Of a stretch of 64,000 nt of DNA, positions 48,946 to 59,252 are shown one piece after another. Every line of letters begins with the position of its first letter. Positions within the stretch are counted from its first letter, which is position 1. The position numbers and the translations under genes are program-made. The notes below the pieces were generated by a model. It was given only the letters and a program-made list of their open reading frames with translations. It was not told where the DNA came from and did no database searches. Source of the DNA: Planctomycetota bacterium (GTDB taxonomy: Bacteria; Planctomycetota; JAJSAM01; JAJVHW01). The stretch covers positions 107,861 through 171,860 of the forward strand of contig JAJRPF010000070.1 of assembly GCA_024280885.1 (NCBI GenBank), in the 5' to 3' direction.

Positions 48946-50055
48946 ATGATCGTGGGCGTGCCGCGCGAGATCAAGGACAACGAAAACCGCATTGCCATCG
49001 TGCCTGCCGGTGTGGACGCACTGCGCCGTGACGGCCACATGGTGCTGGTGGAGCAGGGGGGCGGTGTCGGCTCCGGGATCTCCGACGACGAGTTCGTCGA
49101 GGCCGGTGCCGAGATCGTCGAGGGCCACGCCGAGGTCTTCGCCAAGGCTGACATGATCATGAAGGTCAAGGAGCCGCTCCCCGAAGAGTACGGTCTCATT
49201 CGCCCCGGCCAGATCGTGTTCACGTACTTTCACTTCGCCGCGAGCCGTGAGTTGACCGACGGCATGCTGGCATCGGGTGGGGTCTGCATCGCCTACGAGA
49301 CGGTCGAACATGGCGCCACGTTGCCGCTGCTGACTCCGATGAGCGAAGTCGCGGGCCGGATGTCGATCCAGCAGGGCGCGAAGTACCTCGAGAAGCCGCA
49401 GATGGGGCGCGGCATTCTGCTCGGTGGCATCCCCGGCGTGGAGCCGGCGACGGTGATGATCATCGGCGGCGGCGTCGTGGGGACCAACGCGGCGAAGATG
49501 GCCGCGGGGATGGGCGCGAACGTCATCATCTTGGATCTTGATGCCGATCGGATGCGCTACCTCGACGACGTCATGCCAGCCAACTGCACGACGCTCTTCA
49601 GCAACGCGTACAACATCCGCAAGGTGCTGCGCTACGCCGATCTCGTGGTCGGCGCCGTTCTCATTCCAGGCGCCAAGGCGCCGTCGCTCGTCACGCGCGA
49701 TGACCTGAAGATGATGAACGAGGGCGCAGTGATCGTTGACGTGGCCGTCGACCAGGGTGGTTGTGTCGAGACCACGAAACCGACCACGCACAGCAACCCG
49801 ACGTATATCGTCGACGGCGTCGTGCACTACTCTGTGGCCAACATGCCGGGCGCTGTCGGCCGCACATCGACGTACGGTCTGACCAACGTCACGCTCCCGT
49901 ACGCGCGCATACTCGCACGCGACGGATGGTCGAAGGCCGTGCGGGAGAACCACGGTATTCGGACCGGCGCGAACATCGTCGAGGGCAAGGTCACGTACGA
50001 AGCTGTGGCGCGCGCATTCCAACTGGAGTACGTCGACATCGATCAACTCGTCTGA
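48946..50055 (+). CDS. ald: Alanine dehydrogenase
   Basis: MIVGVPREIKDNENRIAIVP... and IIGGGVVGTNAAKMAAGMGANV (Rossmann). Confidence 0.9.
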   Translation: MIVGVPREIKDNENRIAIVPAGVDALRRDGHMVLVEQGGGVGSGISDDEFVEAGAEIVEGHAEVFAKADMIMKVKEPLPEEYGLIRPGQIVFTYFHFAASRELTDGMLASGGVCIAYETVEHGATLPLLTPMSEVAGRMSIQQGAKYLEKPQMGRGILLGGIPGVEPATVMIIGGGVVGTNAAKMAAGMGANVIILDLDADRMRYLDDVMPANCTTLFSNAYNIRKVLRYADLVVGAVLIPGAKAPSLVTRDDLKMMNEGAVIVDVAVDQGGCVETTKPTTHSNPTYIVDGVVHYSVANMPGAVGRTSTYGLTNVTLPYARILARDGWSKAVRENHGIRTGANIVEGKVTYEAVARAFQLEYVDIDQLV

Positions 50056-50114
50056 GTAGGCGATGGATGAGTCGGTGACGGGCCCGCGACGGCGCGAGAC
50101 CATCGTCCCAGATC

Positions 50115-50143
50115 GGCCCCGCAGCCACTCAGGCTGCGGGGCC
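50115..50143 (+). terminator. Perfect 11-bp-stem hairpin (GGCCCCGCAGC-cactcag-GCTGCGGGGCC) 60 bp after ald; candidate intrinsic terminator without U-tract
   Basis: Read directly. Confidence 0.4.
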
Positions 50144-50252
50144 AGCTCGATTCCGGTCACGAAGTGCGTGTCCGGGCTCAAGTTGAACACGTCGAATTGT
50201 AGATAGGTATGCGCGGGCGCCTCCCCTGATGGGAGCGGCTCGCGGAGGCACC

Positions 50253-50627
50253 ATGCAACTCGATGTCACTCGCAATGGCGACCGGATGGTCGTCAGATTC
50301 TCGGAGCGCGTGGATCTCGAAGGCGAGAGCTCCGATCGGTTCAAGAACCAGCTCAAGGACATCGTCTCGCAGGGCGGGAAGTACCTTGTCGTTGACCTTG
50401 GTCACGTCGGTTTCATCGATAGCTGTGGACTCGGAGCGCTGATCTCCGCGCTGAAGGTGCTGCGCAGATCGGGTGGGTCGCTCGTGCTGGCGAACATCTC
50501 GGAGCCGGTCGAGGCGGTTCTGCGCATCACGCGTCTGTCGCGCGTCTTCGATATCTGCCCCGACGTGCAGGACGCCCTTGTTCTCTCGTCCACGCATGCG
50601 AACTCGTCGGGTGAGTCGACTCGATGA
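50253..50627 (+). CDS. STAS-domain anti-sigma-factor antagonist (RsbV/SpoIIAA-like)
   Basis: ...LVVDLGHVGFIDSCGLGALISA... Confidence 0.75.
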   Translation: MQLDVTRNGDRMVVRFSERVDLEGESSDRFKNQLKDIVSQGGKYLVVDLGHVGFIDSCGLGALISALKVLRRSGGSLVLANISEPVEAVLRITRLSRVFDICPDVQDALVLSSTHANSSGESTR

Positions 50628-52039
50628 ACGAGCTGCGGCTTCAGTTGGTCGGGAGCGATCCGGAGACGGAGGCTCGACTGCGTCGACGCTTCGAGCGCTC
50701 CGGCGTGCGCATCGCGGAATCCGTTCCGCTGCACGACGCACCGTCACGGCTGGCCAACTCGGATCCTGACGTCGTCCTTCTCGACGCGGGCGAGGGCGGA
50801 GCCGCTGCCGCCGACGGATTGGTGGCCTTGAAGGAGGCGTTCCCGGAGTTGCCGGTGATCTTGCTCGCGGCGGCCGAGGATGTGGCGTCGCTCGCGGGGG
50901 CCGTGCGCGGCGGAGTGTTCGACGTCGTCCCGAAACCGCTGGATCTCACGCGCCTCGACCTCGCGATCAAGAACGCCTCGCAAATGCACCGGCTTCTGCG
51001 ACGTGTGCAGCAGTTGCAAGAACGCGGCGCGGCGCCGAGTGGGTTCCGTGGGATCGTCGGAGAGTCGAGCGCGGTGCGGGATGTCATCGCGTCCATCGAG
51101 CAGGTCGCCCGAACCGACGTGGGCGTGATCCTCGCGGGGGAGAGTGGCACGGGGAAGGGACTCGTCGCGCGCACCATCCACGACTCGGGCGAGCGCAAGG
51201 CGCGCTCGTTCGAGGCGTTCCATGCAGCTGCGATCCCCGCGTCTCTGCTCGAGAGCGAGCTCTTCGGCCACGAACCTGACGCCCTTGAGGGCGCGACCGC
51301 GCCGTACCCTGGCTGCTGTGAGCGCGCTGATGGGGGCTCGCTCTTCATCGGTGAACTCTGCGATCTCTCGCTGGACGTCCAGGCCGTCCTGCTGCAATTC
51401 CTGCGCGAGGGGAGTTTCCGCAGGTTGGGTGGCACGTCGCCGATGACCGCAGACGTCCGCGTCATTGCCGCCACGAGCCACGATCCGGCGGAGGCGATCT
51501 CCAGTGGCCGATTGCGCGAAGACCTCTACTACCAGTTGAACGTCGTCACGATTGCCACGCCGCCGTTGCGACGCCGCACCGGCGACGTCCCGCTCCTCGC
51601 ACAGCACTTCCTGGCGCGCTTCTCGGGCAAGTACGGACGCTTCTTCCAGGGCTTCGACGCGGAGGCCCTCGAGTCCCTGTCTCGACACGCGTGGCCTGGC
51701 AACATCCGCGAACTCGAGAACGTGATCGAGCGGATTGTCGTGCTCTACGACGGGCCGACCGTGACGGCGCGCATGCTGCCGCCCGAAGTCCTCGATGCCG
51801 CGCCTCATGTGGATCTCGATCGCCACGATCGCGGTCTCGACGAGATCCTGCCATTCGTCGAGATCGAGCGCCGCGAGATCGTGCGCGCGCTGCGCATCTG
51901 CGAAGGCAACGTGTCGCATGCCGCGGAGCGGTTGGGGATCGGGCAAGCGACGCTCTACCGCAAGATCAAGAAGTTCGGTCTCCGCTCTCGACGCGGCTTT
52001 CGCGAGCCGGCAGCAGACCCCCTGGGACAATCTGGGTGA
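50624..52039 (+). CDS. Sigma-54-dependent transcriptional activator (REC-like N-domain + AAA+ + HTH)
   Basis: GESGTGKG, GAFTGA-like (GHEPDALEGA), ESFRRLGG. ATGA overlap with the STAS gene stop. Confidence 0.85.
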   Translation: MNELRLQLVGSDPETEARLRRRFERSGVRIAESVPLHDAPSRLANSDPDVVLLDAGEGGAAAADGLVALKEAFPELPVILLAAAEDVASLAGAVRGGVFDVVPKPLDLTRLDLAIKNASQMHRLLRRVQQLQERGAAPSGFRGIVGESSAVRDVIASIEQVARTDVGVILAGESGTGKGLVARTIHDSGERKARSFEAFHAAAIPASLLESELFGHEPDALEGATAPYPGCCERADGGSLFIGELCDLSLDVQAVLLQFLREGSFRRLGGTSPMTADVRVIAATSHDPAEAISSGRLREDLYYQLNVVTIATPPLRRRTGDVPLLAQHFLARFSGKYGRFFQGFDAEALESLSRHAWPGNIRELENVIERIVVLYDGPTVTARMLPPEVLDAAPHVDLDRHDRGLDEILPFVEIERREIVRALRICEGNVSHAAERLGIGQATLYRKIKKFGLRSRRGFREPAADPLGQSG

Positions 52040-52154
52040 ACTCGTTCGGCCGCAACCTGGCGCGGGCGATCGGCGCGCTGCTGCGGCAGGTGATGCGCGA
52101 CAGATGTCTGGTTCCGCTTCCCGCGCGGGTTCGCCCGCGTCGCGGTGACCCGCG

Positions 52155-52598
52155 GTGAGCGCGTCCATGCCGGTCGTCAGTCTGGATCTCCCGGCAGAGC
52201 GTTCGTCACCGGCCGCCGCGCGAGCGCTGCTCTCCGAGGTCGCGCGCGAGTGTCGGTCGGTGCGACTCTCGGAAGCGGAGATCGCGGAACTGAGTGTCGT
52301 CCTTCACGAGGCGTGCACGAATGTGATCGAGCACGCGCTGGGTGGGGATCGAGAGCGCCGGTTCCGCGTGGAATTCCATCGGCTCGCCACGGGTCTAGCG
52401 ATTGTCATCGAGGACGATGGAGCTGCCTACTCTCTCCCGGAGCGAGCGCCGCCCACGCCGGAGGATCTTCACGAACGCGGTTACGGCTTGCACATCATGC
52501 GCTCGTGGTCGGATCGCGTCCGCCTGGAACGACGTGGAGGCGTCAACCGCTTGCACCTGTTCCGTGCGTACGAAATCCGCGCGGGAGACCGGGCATGA
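52155..52598 (+). CDS. Anti-sigma regulatory factor / Ser-protein kinase (RsbW/SpoIIAB-like GHKL ATPase)
   Basis: ...LHEACTNVIEHA... (N-box) and ...DDGAAY...GYGLHIM... (G-boxes). Confidence 0.7.
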   Translation: MSASMPVVSLDLPAERSSPAAARALLSEVARECRSVRLSEAEIAELSVVLHEACTNVIEHALGGDRERRFRVEFHRLATGLAIVIEDDGAAYSLPERAPPTPEDLHERGYGLHIMRSWSDRVRLERRGGVNRLHLFRAYEIRAGDRA

Positions 52599-54199
52599 CC
52601 GCCGTCCGGAACGTCGCGCGTGAGGCCGGTCGATCGGGCGCATTGCGCGCGCTGATCGACATGGCAGCGGACACCGGTTGGGATGTCGGGCTCTACGACC
52701 TCGAAGGTAATCCGCTCGCTCCCGCAGGCGGGTTGCGCGGCCTGCCGCAACTTGAAGTGCAGATGCCGCTCGCCTGGACGCTCGCGCATCGCGCCGCAGT
52801 GACGTCGCTCGGCGACGTGACAGGTCACGTGGTGGTGCAGCCCCGGATCGACGGCGCCATGGGCGGGTGGTCGCTCGCGGCGCGCGTCGCGGAGGTCATC
52901 GGAGATCTCTGTCGCCTGGAGGTCGAGTTGGAGGACCTGGCGCGCGAGATCGCCGGAGCGTATGAAGAACTCAACCTCTTCTACGATCTGTCCGCGTCGT
53001 TGGCGGGCGCGCGGGAAGCGTCGGTTGTTTGCAGCGCGGTCCTCGAGCGCGCGTTGCGTGTGGTGCCTGCTCGGGCTGCACGCATTCTGCTGCGCGAGCC
53101 CGAGGGCGGATTGCGTGCTGTCGCCCAGTGGGGCGGGGCCGGCGACGAGACCGGCGTGGGCGTGCTCTCGGCAGCTCGCGTCTGTGTTGACAGCCGTCAG
53201 CACGTTCTGCTGGGGTTGGACGCGGCGCTCGGCAATTCGACCCTCGACGAATGGGAGGAAGCGGCGCATCGCTCGCTGGTCGCGGTGCCGGTGCGCGTCT
53301 TTTCGATGGAACGTGTGACGGTTGTCGGTGTACTCGAATTGCGCGATCGCGTGGATGGCGTGGCCGGGCGCCCACAAGCGTTCTCGGCCGGCGATGTCAA
53401 GCTCGTGCAGGCCCTTGCCGATCAGGCCGCGCTCTTGCTTGAGAATACGCGCTTGGCCTCGTACGAACGCGAGGTCCAACTCGCCAGCAATATTCAACAG
53501 GGCTTGCTGCCCGCCGAGCCGCCGCGGATCAGCGGGCTGGAGATCGCCGCCCGCTGCGTGGCCGCGCGGGATGTGGGCGGGGATTACTACGACTTCTTGG
53601 AGTGCTCGGGCGACTCGCTGGGTGTCGTTGTCGCTGACGTCTCCGGACACAACCTGGCGGCAGCGCTCTTGCAGACAGCCACGCGCGCCACGTTTCGTGC
53701 GGCAGCATTGCGCGGCGCGGATCCGGCCCAGATGCTCGCGACGAGCAACGACGCGCTCATGCAAGATCTCGAGCGCGCCGGTCACTTCCTGACGGCGTGG
53801 GTGGCGCGTCTGGATACACGTACAGGCGAGCTGGAGTTCGAAGGAGCCGGACACCCACCGGCGCTTCTGCTTCGCGCGGACTCGGGAGTCGTCGAGCGGC
53901 ACGCGGGAGGAGGCCTCCCGGTCGGGGTCGATCCCGACGCGAAGTACGCGACGCATCGTGCCGTCCTGCGTCCTGGAGACGTGCTGCTGCTCTACACGGA
54001 CGGTCTGCTCGAAGCGCGCGATGACAGTGACGAACCGTTCGGAGAAGAGCGCCTGATTGACGTGTTGCGCACGGCGCATTCCGGCGGCGCAGAGCAGGTG
54101 GTGGAAGAGATCCTCGCGGCGATCCGCGCCCACACCGCTGTGCAATCCGACGACCGGACGCTCGTCGCGCTCAAGCGCAGCAGCCCCGATATTCGATGA
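52596..54199 (+). CDS. GAF-domain PP2C-type Ser/Thr phosphatase (RsbU/SpoIIE family)
   Basis: ATGA overlap with the preceding gene. PP2C motifs DVGGDYYDF, VADVSGHN, YTDGLLEA. Confidence 0.8.
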
Positions 54200-54233
54200 A
54201 GAGTCGGGTGGGAGTCCACCCCTGGAGGTCAAA

Positions 54234-54644
54234 ATGTCGCAACGTGTCCTCGTCGTGGACGACGAACCGTTCATCCTGCGGTCGCTGAGTTTTGTACTCG
54301 AGCGTGCAGGGTACGAGGTGCTGCAGGCCCGAGATGGCGATGAGGCGCTCGAAGCCTTGCGCGATCATCGTCCACAGGTCTGCCTGCTCGACGTGATGAT
54401 GCCGCGCCGTAGCGGATTCGAGGTCTGCGAGATCGTGAAGGGTGATCCCGACCTGCGCGATACGTACGTCGTCATGCTCACGGCCAAGGGCCAGGACGCG
54501 GCGCGCGAGCGCGGTGTGCAAGCGGGCTGTGACGAGTACCTCACGAAGCCGTTCAGTCCCAGCCTGATTGTCGAAAAGGTGCGTGCCGCGTTCGGCGCCG
54601 CCGAGAGGCTGGCCGCTTCGGCGACGACTGCCGAGGAAAGCTAA
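54234..54644 (+). CDS. Single-domain response regulator (CheY-like receiver)
   Basis: GGAGG 7 nt upstream. VLVVDDE ... LLDVMMP ... KP. Confidence 0.8.
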   Translation: MSQRVLVVDDEPFILRSLSFVLERAGYEVLQARDGDEALEALRDHRPQVCLLDVMMPRRSGFEVCEIVKGDPDLRDTYVVMLTAKGQDAARERGVQAGCDEYLTKPFSPSLIVEKVRAAFGAAERLAASATTAEES

Positions 54645-54646
54645 CG

Positions 54647-56452
54647 GTGCCGTCGGTCCCACTGACCGGCATCCCCGCGCTGATTGCGGCCGTTCTGGGT
54701 CTGGGCTGCGTCTTCGTCGTCCTTTCGCAGGCGTCTCGGTCGCGCGTCGTGCGGACGATCGTGCTGGCGTTGGCCCTCGGCGCCGTCGCCGCGGGTGGCG
54801 CGCTCGGCATGCGCGAGGAGCACACCGCATCCGTTCTCGGCGGACGGCTCTTCCTCGTCGGGGTGTCTTCCGCGGTTCTCGCAGTGGGATACTTGCTGCA
54901 CCAGTTGACGGCGGCCGAACGAGCGCTGATCGGCGCGTTCTCGGACAGCGGTCGCTTCGAGCGGGAGAGCGAGTTGTTGGCCGCGCGAAACGCCGTGCTG
55001 CAAACGCAACTCGAACAGTCGCAGGCGCAACTCGCGCAGACCGCCATCAGCGGCTCTGCCGCCATCCTGGACCCGTCCGATGATGGCACGGACGTGCGTG
55101 TGCTTGAGGACCGTGCCGAAGACGCCGAGCAGGCTGCCCGGCGGTCGAGTGCAATCGGCGACGAGATCGTCGATGCCGTGGTCACGCTTGAGCGCAAGTC
55201 CATGCGAGTGGTTCGTCATAACGCGGCGCTCTGCCGCCTGCTCGGCCGCTCAAGGGGCGAGCTTCAAGGAGCGCGACTGGTCGATGTTCTCGGCACGAAC
55301 GAGTCCGTTGTTCGTGCGTTCGACATCGATCAGATGGCACACGCCGGTAGCTCGGTGGTTGTGGCGATCACGCGCCCAGACGGTGCCCAGATCGAGGCCG
55401 AATTGCGCATCGGTACGGCCGGTGACGGGCAGGACCGGCAACTGATCGCCGTTCTGCGCGACGTGACGGAGAGCAGCGAGCAGGCGCGGAAGCTGTGTGC
55501 GGTCGAGGAGCAGGTCCGGGTACTGGAAGCCGAGGCCGCGGCGCATCAGTGCGCCGCGACGACTCCTGCGGCGGCACCGGCGGATGCGCGCGATGCGGCG
55601 ACATCCGAGTCCGGTCCCACGCAGAGCGATTCTTCCTCTCAGCGTGTGCACGCGTCGATCGATGCTCTGATCGATCGCGAATTCGCGTGGGTCTCTGAGA
55701 CACTGCCTTCGGATGCCGACGTCGCGCACGAGCGATCGGTCGAAGCCATCGCCCACGACTTGCGCGTTCCATTGACCAGCATCCGGAGCTTTGCCGAGAT
55801 CCTGCTCGAGCACGACGATGTCGAGGCCGACGAACGGGTCGAGTTCTTGCAGATCATCCAGAAGGAGAGTCGGCGCCTGACGCGCATGGTCAACGACCTG
55901 CTCGATGTGCGCCGGATCAAGTCCGGAGTTGGTGAGCTCGACCTCGAGGACATGGATCTTCGCGACCTCGTGCGCGACGGCCTCAACTCCCTGAACGGCC
56001 TTGCGCTCTCGCGTGGGGTCTCGTTCGAAGGGACGTGGGATGGCGAGGTGCGGACGGTGCGTGGTGACCGCGATCGGTTGCACCGCGTCGTGGCCAATCT
56101 GCTCTCGAATGCCGTGAAATTCAGCCCCGAGGGCGGCGCGGTCGAGGTCATTCTGCGCGAAGGCGAGGAAGCTGGATCGGTGCGGCTTGGCGTTCGAGAC
56201 CACGGTCCGGGTATCGCGGAAGAGGATCAGGGAGTCGTCTTCGAGCGCTTCAGTCGCGGTGCGGACGGTCCCGAGAACGTCTCCGGTACCGGTCTCGGCC
56301 TCTCGATCTGCCGCGAGATCGTCGAGATCCACGGCGCACGAATCTGGCCAGAGAGCAGGCCGCAGAGTGGCGCCACGCTCTGGGTCGAATTCCCTCCTCC
56401 CGAGCGGGTCAACGCGACCCCGGCTCACGCGGTCACCGCCGACTGCGCCTGA
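54647..56452 (+). CDS. Sensor histidine kinase (TM + PAS-like + HisKA + HATPase_c)
   Basis: H-box AHDLRVPLTSIRSFAEIL, N/G boxes NLLSNAVKFS ... GTGLGLSI. Confidence 0.8.
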   Translation: MPSVPLTGIPALIAAVLGLGCVFVVLSQASRSRVVRTIVLALALGAVAAGGALGMREEHTASVLGGRLFLVGVSSAVLAVGYLLHQLTAAERALIGAFSDSGRFERESELLAARNAVLQTQLEQSQAQLAQTAISGSAAILDPSDDGTDVRVLEDRAEDAEQAARRSSAIGDEIVDAVVTLERKSMRVVRHNAALCRLLGRSRGELQGARLVDVLGTNESVVRAFDIDQMAHAGSSVVVAITRPDGAQIEAELRIGTAGDGQDRQLIAVLRDVTESSEQARKLCAVEEQVRVLEAEAAAHQCAATTPAAAPADARDAATSESGPTQSDSSSQRVHASIDALIDREFAWVSETLPSDADVAHERSVEAIAHDLRVPLTSIRSFAEILLEHDDVEADERVEFLQIIQKESRRLTRMVNDLLDVRRIKSGVGELDLEDMDLRDLVRDGLNSLNGLALSRGVSFEGTWDGEVRTVRGDRDRLHRVVANLLSNAVKFSPEGGAVEVILREGEEAGSVRLGVRDHGPGIAEEDQGVVFERFSRGADGPENVSGTGLGLSICREIVEIHGARIWPESRPQSGATLWVEFPPPERVNATPAHAVTADCA

Positions 56453-56658
56453 GCGGCGGTCCGTTGTCCGGCCGACCGCCTCTGTCACGAGCGGGCAATC
56501 GTTGACCGCTCCCGCCATGCAGCGTGGAATCGCCGACTGCACGCGAGCCTCCCACGAGAAGTGGACGGACAGCGCGCATCGCGCCGCGCCGCCGCGGCGA
56601 TCGGTCGGGGTCGTGTGACCTCGGCGTCCATCGTCGTCCCCGAGATCTGTCGAGGCCC

Positions 56659-58101
56659 ATGTCCGAGTCCGCTTCGACCGAAAAGACGGGTTCGACTGAG
56701 AATGCGGATTCGACCACCCCGACGGGCTCGCGAAGCCTGACCCGCGGCCTGCCGGCACTGCTCAAGCTGGGTCTGCCGCTGGTCGCTGGCATGGGCGGGC
56801 ATGCGTTCTTCAACCTGATCGATCTCGCGATGGTCGGGGCCTACGAGAGCGACCCACATCGAGCGGAGTTGACGATCTCGGGCGTCACGATCGCATCGCT
56901 CCTCATCACGGTGCCGCTCGTCTTCGTGAACGGCATCTCGAATGGCTCCGTGGCTGTGATCGCGCAGCAATTCGGTGCCGGCAAGATGAAACGCGCCAAT
57001 CGCTCGGCGCGCCAGGCACTGCTTCTAGCGCTCGTGCTCTCCATCGTGCTCGGAGTGCTTCCGGGGCTCTTCTCCGGTCCGATCGTCTCGATGTTCGACG
57101 TCACGTCGTCGTTGGAACGCAGTGTCGCCGAGCAATATTTTGCGATCATGAGCCATGGGGCCATCACCGGTTTTCTGCTGGTGCAGATCACCGCCAATAT
57201 GCGCGCGATCGGCATGGGAATGTGGCCCATGATCCTGTTGCTGACGTCGAACGCCGGCAACATCATCGGCAACTATGTGCTCATTTTCGGGAAATGGGGC
57301 TTCCCCGAATTGGGCGCGACAGGGGCGGCGTGGTCCACGACGATTGCGCGCGGCGTGGCGATCCTCATTGGCGCAGCCGTGCTCTTCCGAGCGCATCCCT
57401 CGATCCGTATCGGCTGGACCGGCTGGCGCATCGACAAGCGCGTCTTGCGGAACGTGGCAGGCGTCGGTCTGCCCGTTGCGCTCCAGTGGACCGTGCGCAT
57501 GGTCGGCATGCTGGCGCTCCTCCTCGTGGTCTCGCCGTTCGGGTCGCCGGTCAAGGCGGCGTTCGGCGTCGGCACGCGATTGGATACGCTCGCGACGTTC
57601 GCGGGCCTCGGCTGGGGTGGAGCTTGCGCCGCCATGCTCGGGCAGCGCCTGGCTCAGGATCGCATTGCGGACGCCCGCCGTGTCGCACTGCAGTCGGCGA
57701 TCCTCAACGTCGCGACGATGTCTCTGTTGGCGGCCGTATTCTACATCTGGGCGGCACCGCTGATCAGGCTGTTCAGCCTTTCAGTCGATGGGCCGGTCGA
57801 TCCCGATTCGGTCGCCCACGGTGTCACGTATCTGCGGATCGTGGTCCTCTCCTATCCTTTCTACGCATTGACCATCATCTGGTGCCACGCGCTCAACGGT
57901 GCCGGTAGCATGAAGACCCCGCTCCTGATCGACGCGATCGGCTTGCTCGCCGTCCAAGTCCCGCTCGCCTGGTGGCTCAGCACGACCGATCTGGCGGAGA
58001 CCGGCGCATGGTGGGCGATGGTCGTTTCGCAGATCTTGATGGCGCTGGTCTACTGGCTCGTGTTCCGAGGGGGAGCCTGGGAATCGAAGAGATTGCGCTG
58101 A
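56659..58101 (+). CDS. MATE-family efflux transporter
   Basis: 12 TM helices with MATE-like repeats. Start ATG at 56659 (upstream track extension is shadow). Confidence 0.8.
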   Translation: MSESASTEKTGSTENADSTTPTGSRSLTRGLPALLKLGLPLVAGMGGHAFFNLIDLAMVGAYESDPHRAELTISGVTIASLLITVPLVFVNGISNGSVAVIAQQFGAGKMKRANRSARQALLLALVLSIVLGVLPGLFSGPIVSMFDVTSSLERSVAEQYFAIMSHGAITGFLLVQITANMRAIGMGMWPMILLLTSNAGNIIGNYVLIFGKWGFPELGATGAAWSTTIARGVAILIGAAVLFRAHPSIRIGWTGWRIDKRVLRNVAGVGLPVALQWTVRMVGMLALLLVVSPFGSPVKAAFGVGTRLDTLATFAGLGWGGACAAMLGQRLAQDRIADARRVALQSAILNVATMSLLAAVFYIWAAPLIRLFSLSVDGPVDPDSVAHGVTYLRIVVLSYPFYALTIIWCHALNGAGSMKTPLLIDAIGLLAVQVPLAWWLSTTDLAETGAWWAMVVSQILMALVYWLVFRGGAWESKRLR

Positions 58102-58103
58102 AC

Positions 58104-59252
58104 GTGGCTGCCAACAAACGAACCAAATCATCGAACGGGCCCCGGACTTCGGCGCCTGGTGGAACGGGTGGAGAACCGACACGGATCTCCAAGCCGGAGC
58201 GGCTGCTTAACCTGGTCGCGTTCCTGCTGAGCTCGCGGCGCGCCGTCCCGTTCTCGCAGATCCGCGGGCGGGTTGCCGGTTACGACGATCCCGCGAGCCC
58301 CGAGGCGCTCGAGAAGCGCTTCGATCGTGACAAGGCTGAACTGCGCGCGTTGGGTGTGCCGATCATCTACGACGCGTCCGACGACCAGGGCGAGGATGGC
58401 TACCGCATTCCGCGCGAACAGTACTTCCTGCCCGACATTCGGTTGACGGTCGAGGAGGCCGCCGCGCTCGCCGTCGTGCAGCGCTACGCGTTCTCGGCAT
58501 CGGACGATCCACTGGCCGCTCCGCTGCAGAGTGCGCTGCGCAAGGTGGTGGTCGACAGTCCGCTCACCGGGGCAGCCGCGGCGTCGGTGACAGAGCAGCA
58601 TCGGCTGGGGGTCCGAACCGCCGGGGGCGCGCCGGAATTGGGGCCTAATCTCGAGGCGCTGACGGATGCCGTCATCCGGCATCTCCCCGCGCGCTTCCGC
58701 TACTACAGTATCGAGCGCGACGAGGTCCTCGATCGGGAGGTCGAGCCCTACGGCCTCGGCTGGCACGGTCGCTGGTGGTACATGGTCGGGTACGACCGCA
58801 CGCGCAAGGCCGTCCGGCAGTTCCGCGTCGACCGTGTACGCGGGCGCGTGAAGGTGCGTGCCGGCCGACCGTTCGAAGTTCCCGAAGGCTTCGAGATCTC
58901 CGAGCATGTGGGCCGCCCGGCGTTCATCTTCGAGGGGGACGAGTCCGACGATCGCGAGACGGTGCGCGTCACGGTGGAGTTGCGTCCGGAGATCGCGTTC
59001 ATGGCTCGCGATGGGCTGCGCCAGGGATGGACGCTCGCGATGCAGGACGACGGGAGTGGGCTGCTGTCATTCCCCGCGCGGCATGCCGCCGCCGTCTTGC
59101 GCTTCGTCGCGTCGCATGCCGAGCGGGCCCGGATCGTTGCCCCCGCCGATTTCCGCGAGAGCGCCCGCACACATTTCCGCGCGATCCTCGACCGCCACGT
59201 GGGCACGCCCACCGCCGTCCCCGGGCAGCGCCCGCGGAAGCGCCGCCGATGA
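58104..59252 (+). CDS. WYL-domain transcriptional regulator, PafB-like
   Basis: N-terminal HTH and WYL motif (WHGRWWYMVGYDRTRKAVRQFRVDRV). Confidence 0.7.
   Translation: MAANKRTKSSNGPRTSAPGGTGGEPTRISKPERLLNLVAFLLSSRRAVPFSQIRGRVAGYDDPASPEALEKRFDRDKAELRALGVPIIYDASDDQGEDGYRIPREQYFLPDIRLTVEEAAALAVVQRYAFSASDDPLAAPLQSALRKVVVDSPLTGAAAASVTEQHRLGVRTAGGAPELGPNLEALTDAVIRHLPARFRYYSIERDEVLDREVEPYGLGWHGRWWYMVGYDRTRKAVRQFRVDRVRGRVKVRAGRPFEVPEGFEISEHVGRPAFIFEGDESDDRETVRVTVELRPEIAFMARDGLRQGWTLAMQDDGSGLLSFPARHAAAVLRFVASHAERARIVAPADFRESARTHFRAILDRHVGTPTAVPGQRPRKRRR

Noticed and set aside
50179-50208. Sigma70 promoter TTGAAC...TAGGTA upstream of the STAS gene
   Set aside because: The spacer length is ambiguous (11 or 15 nt), so it is not confident enough to list as a feature.
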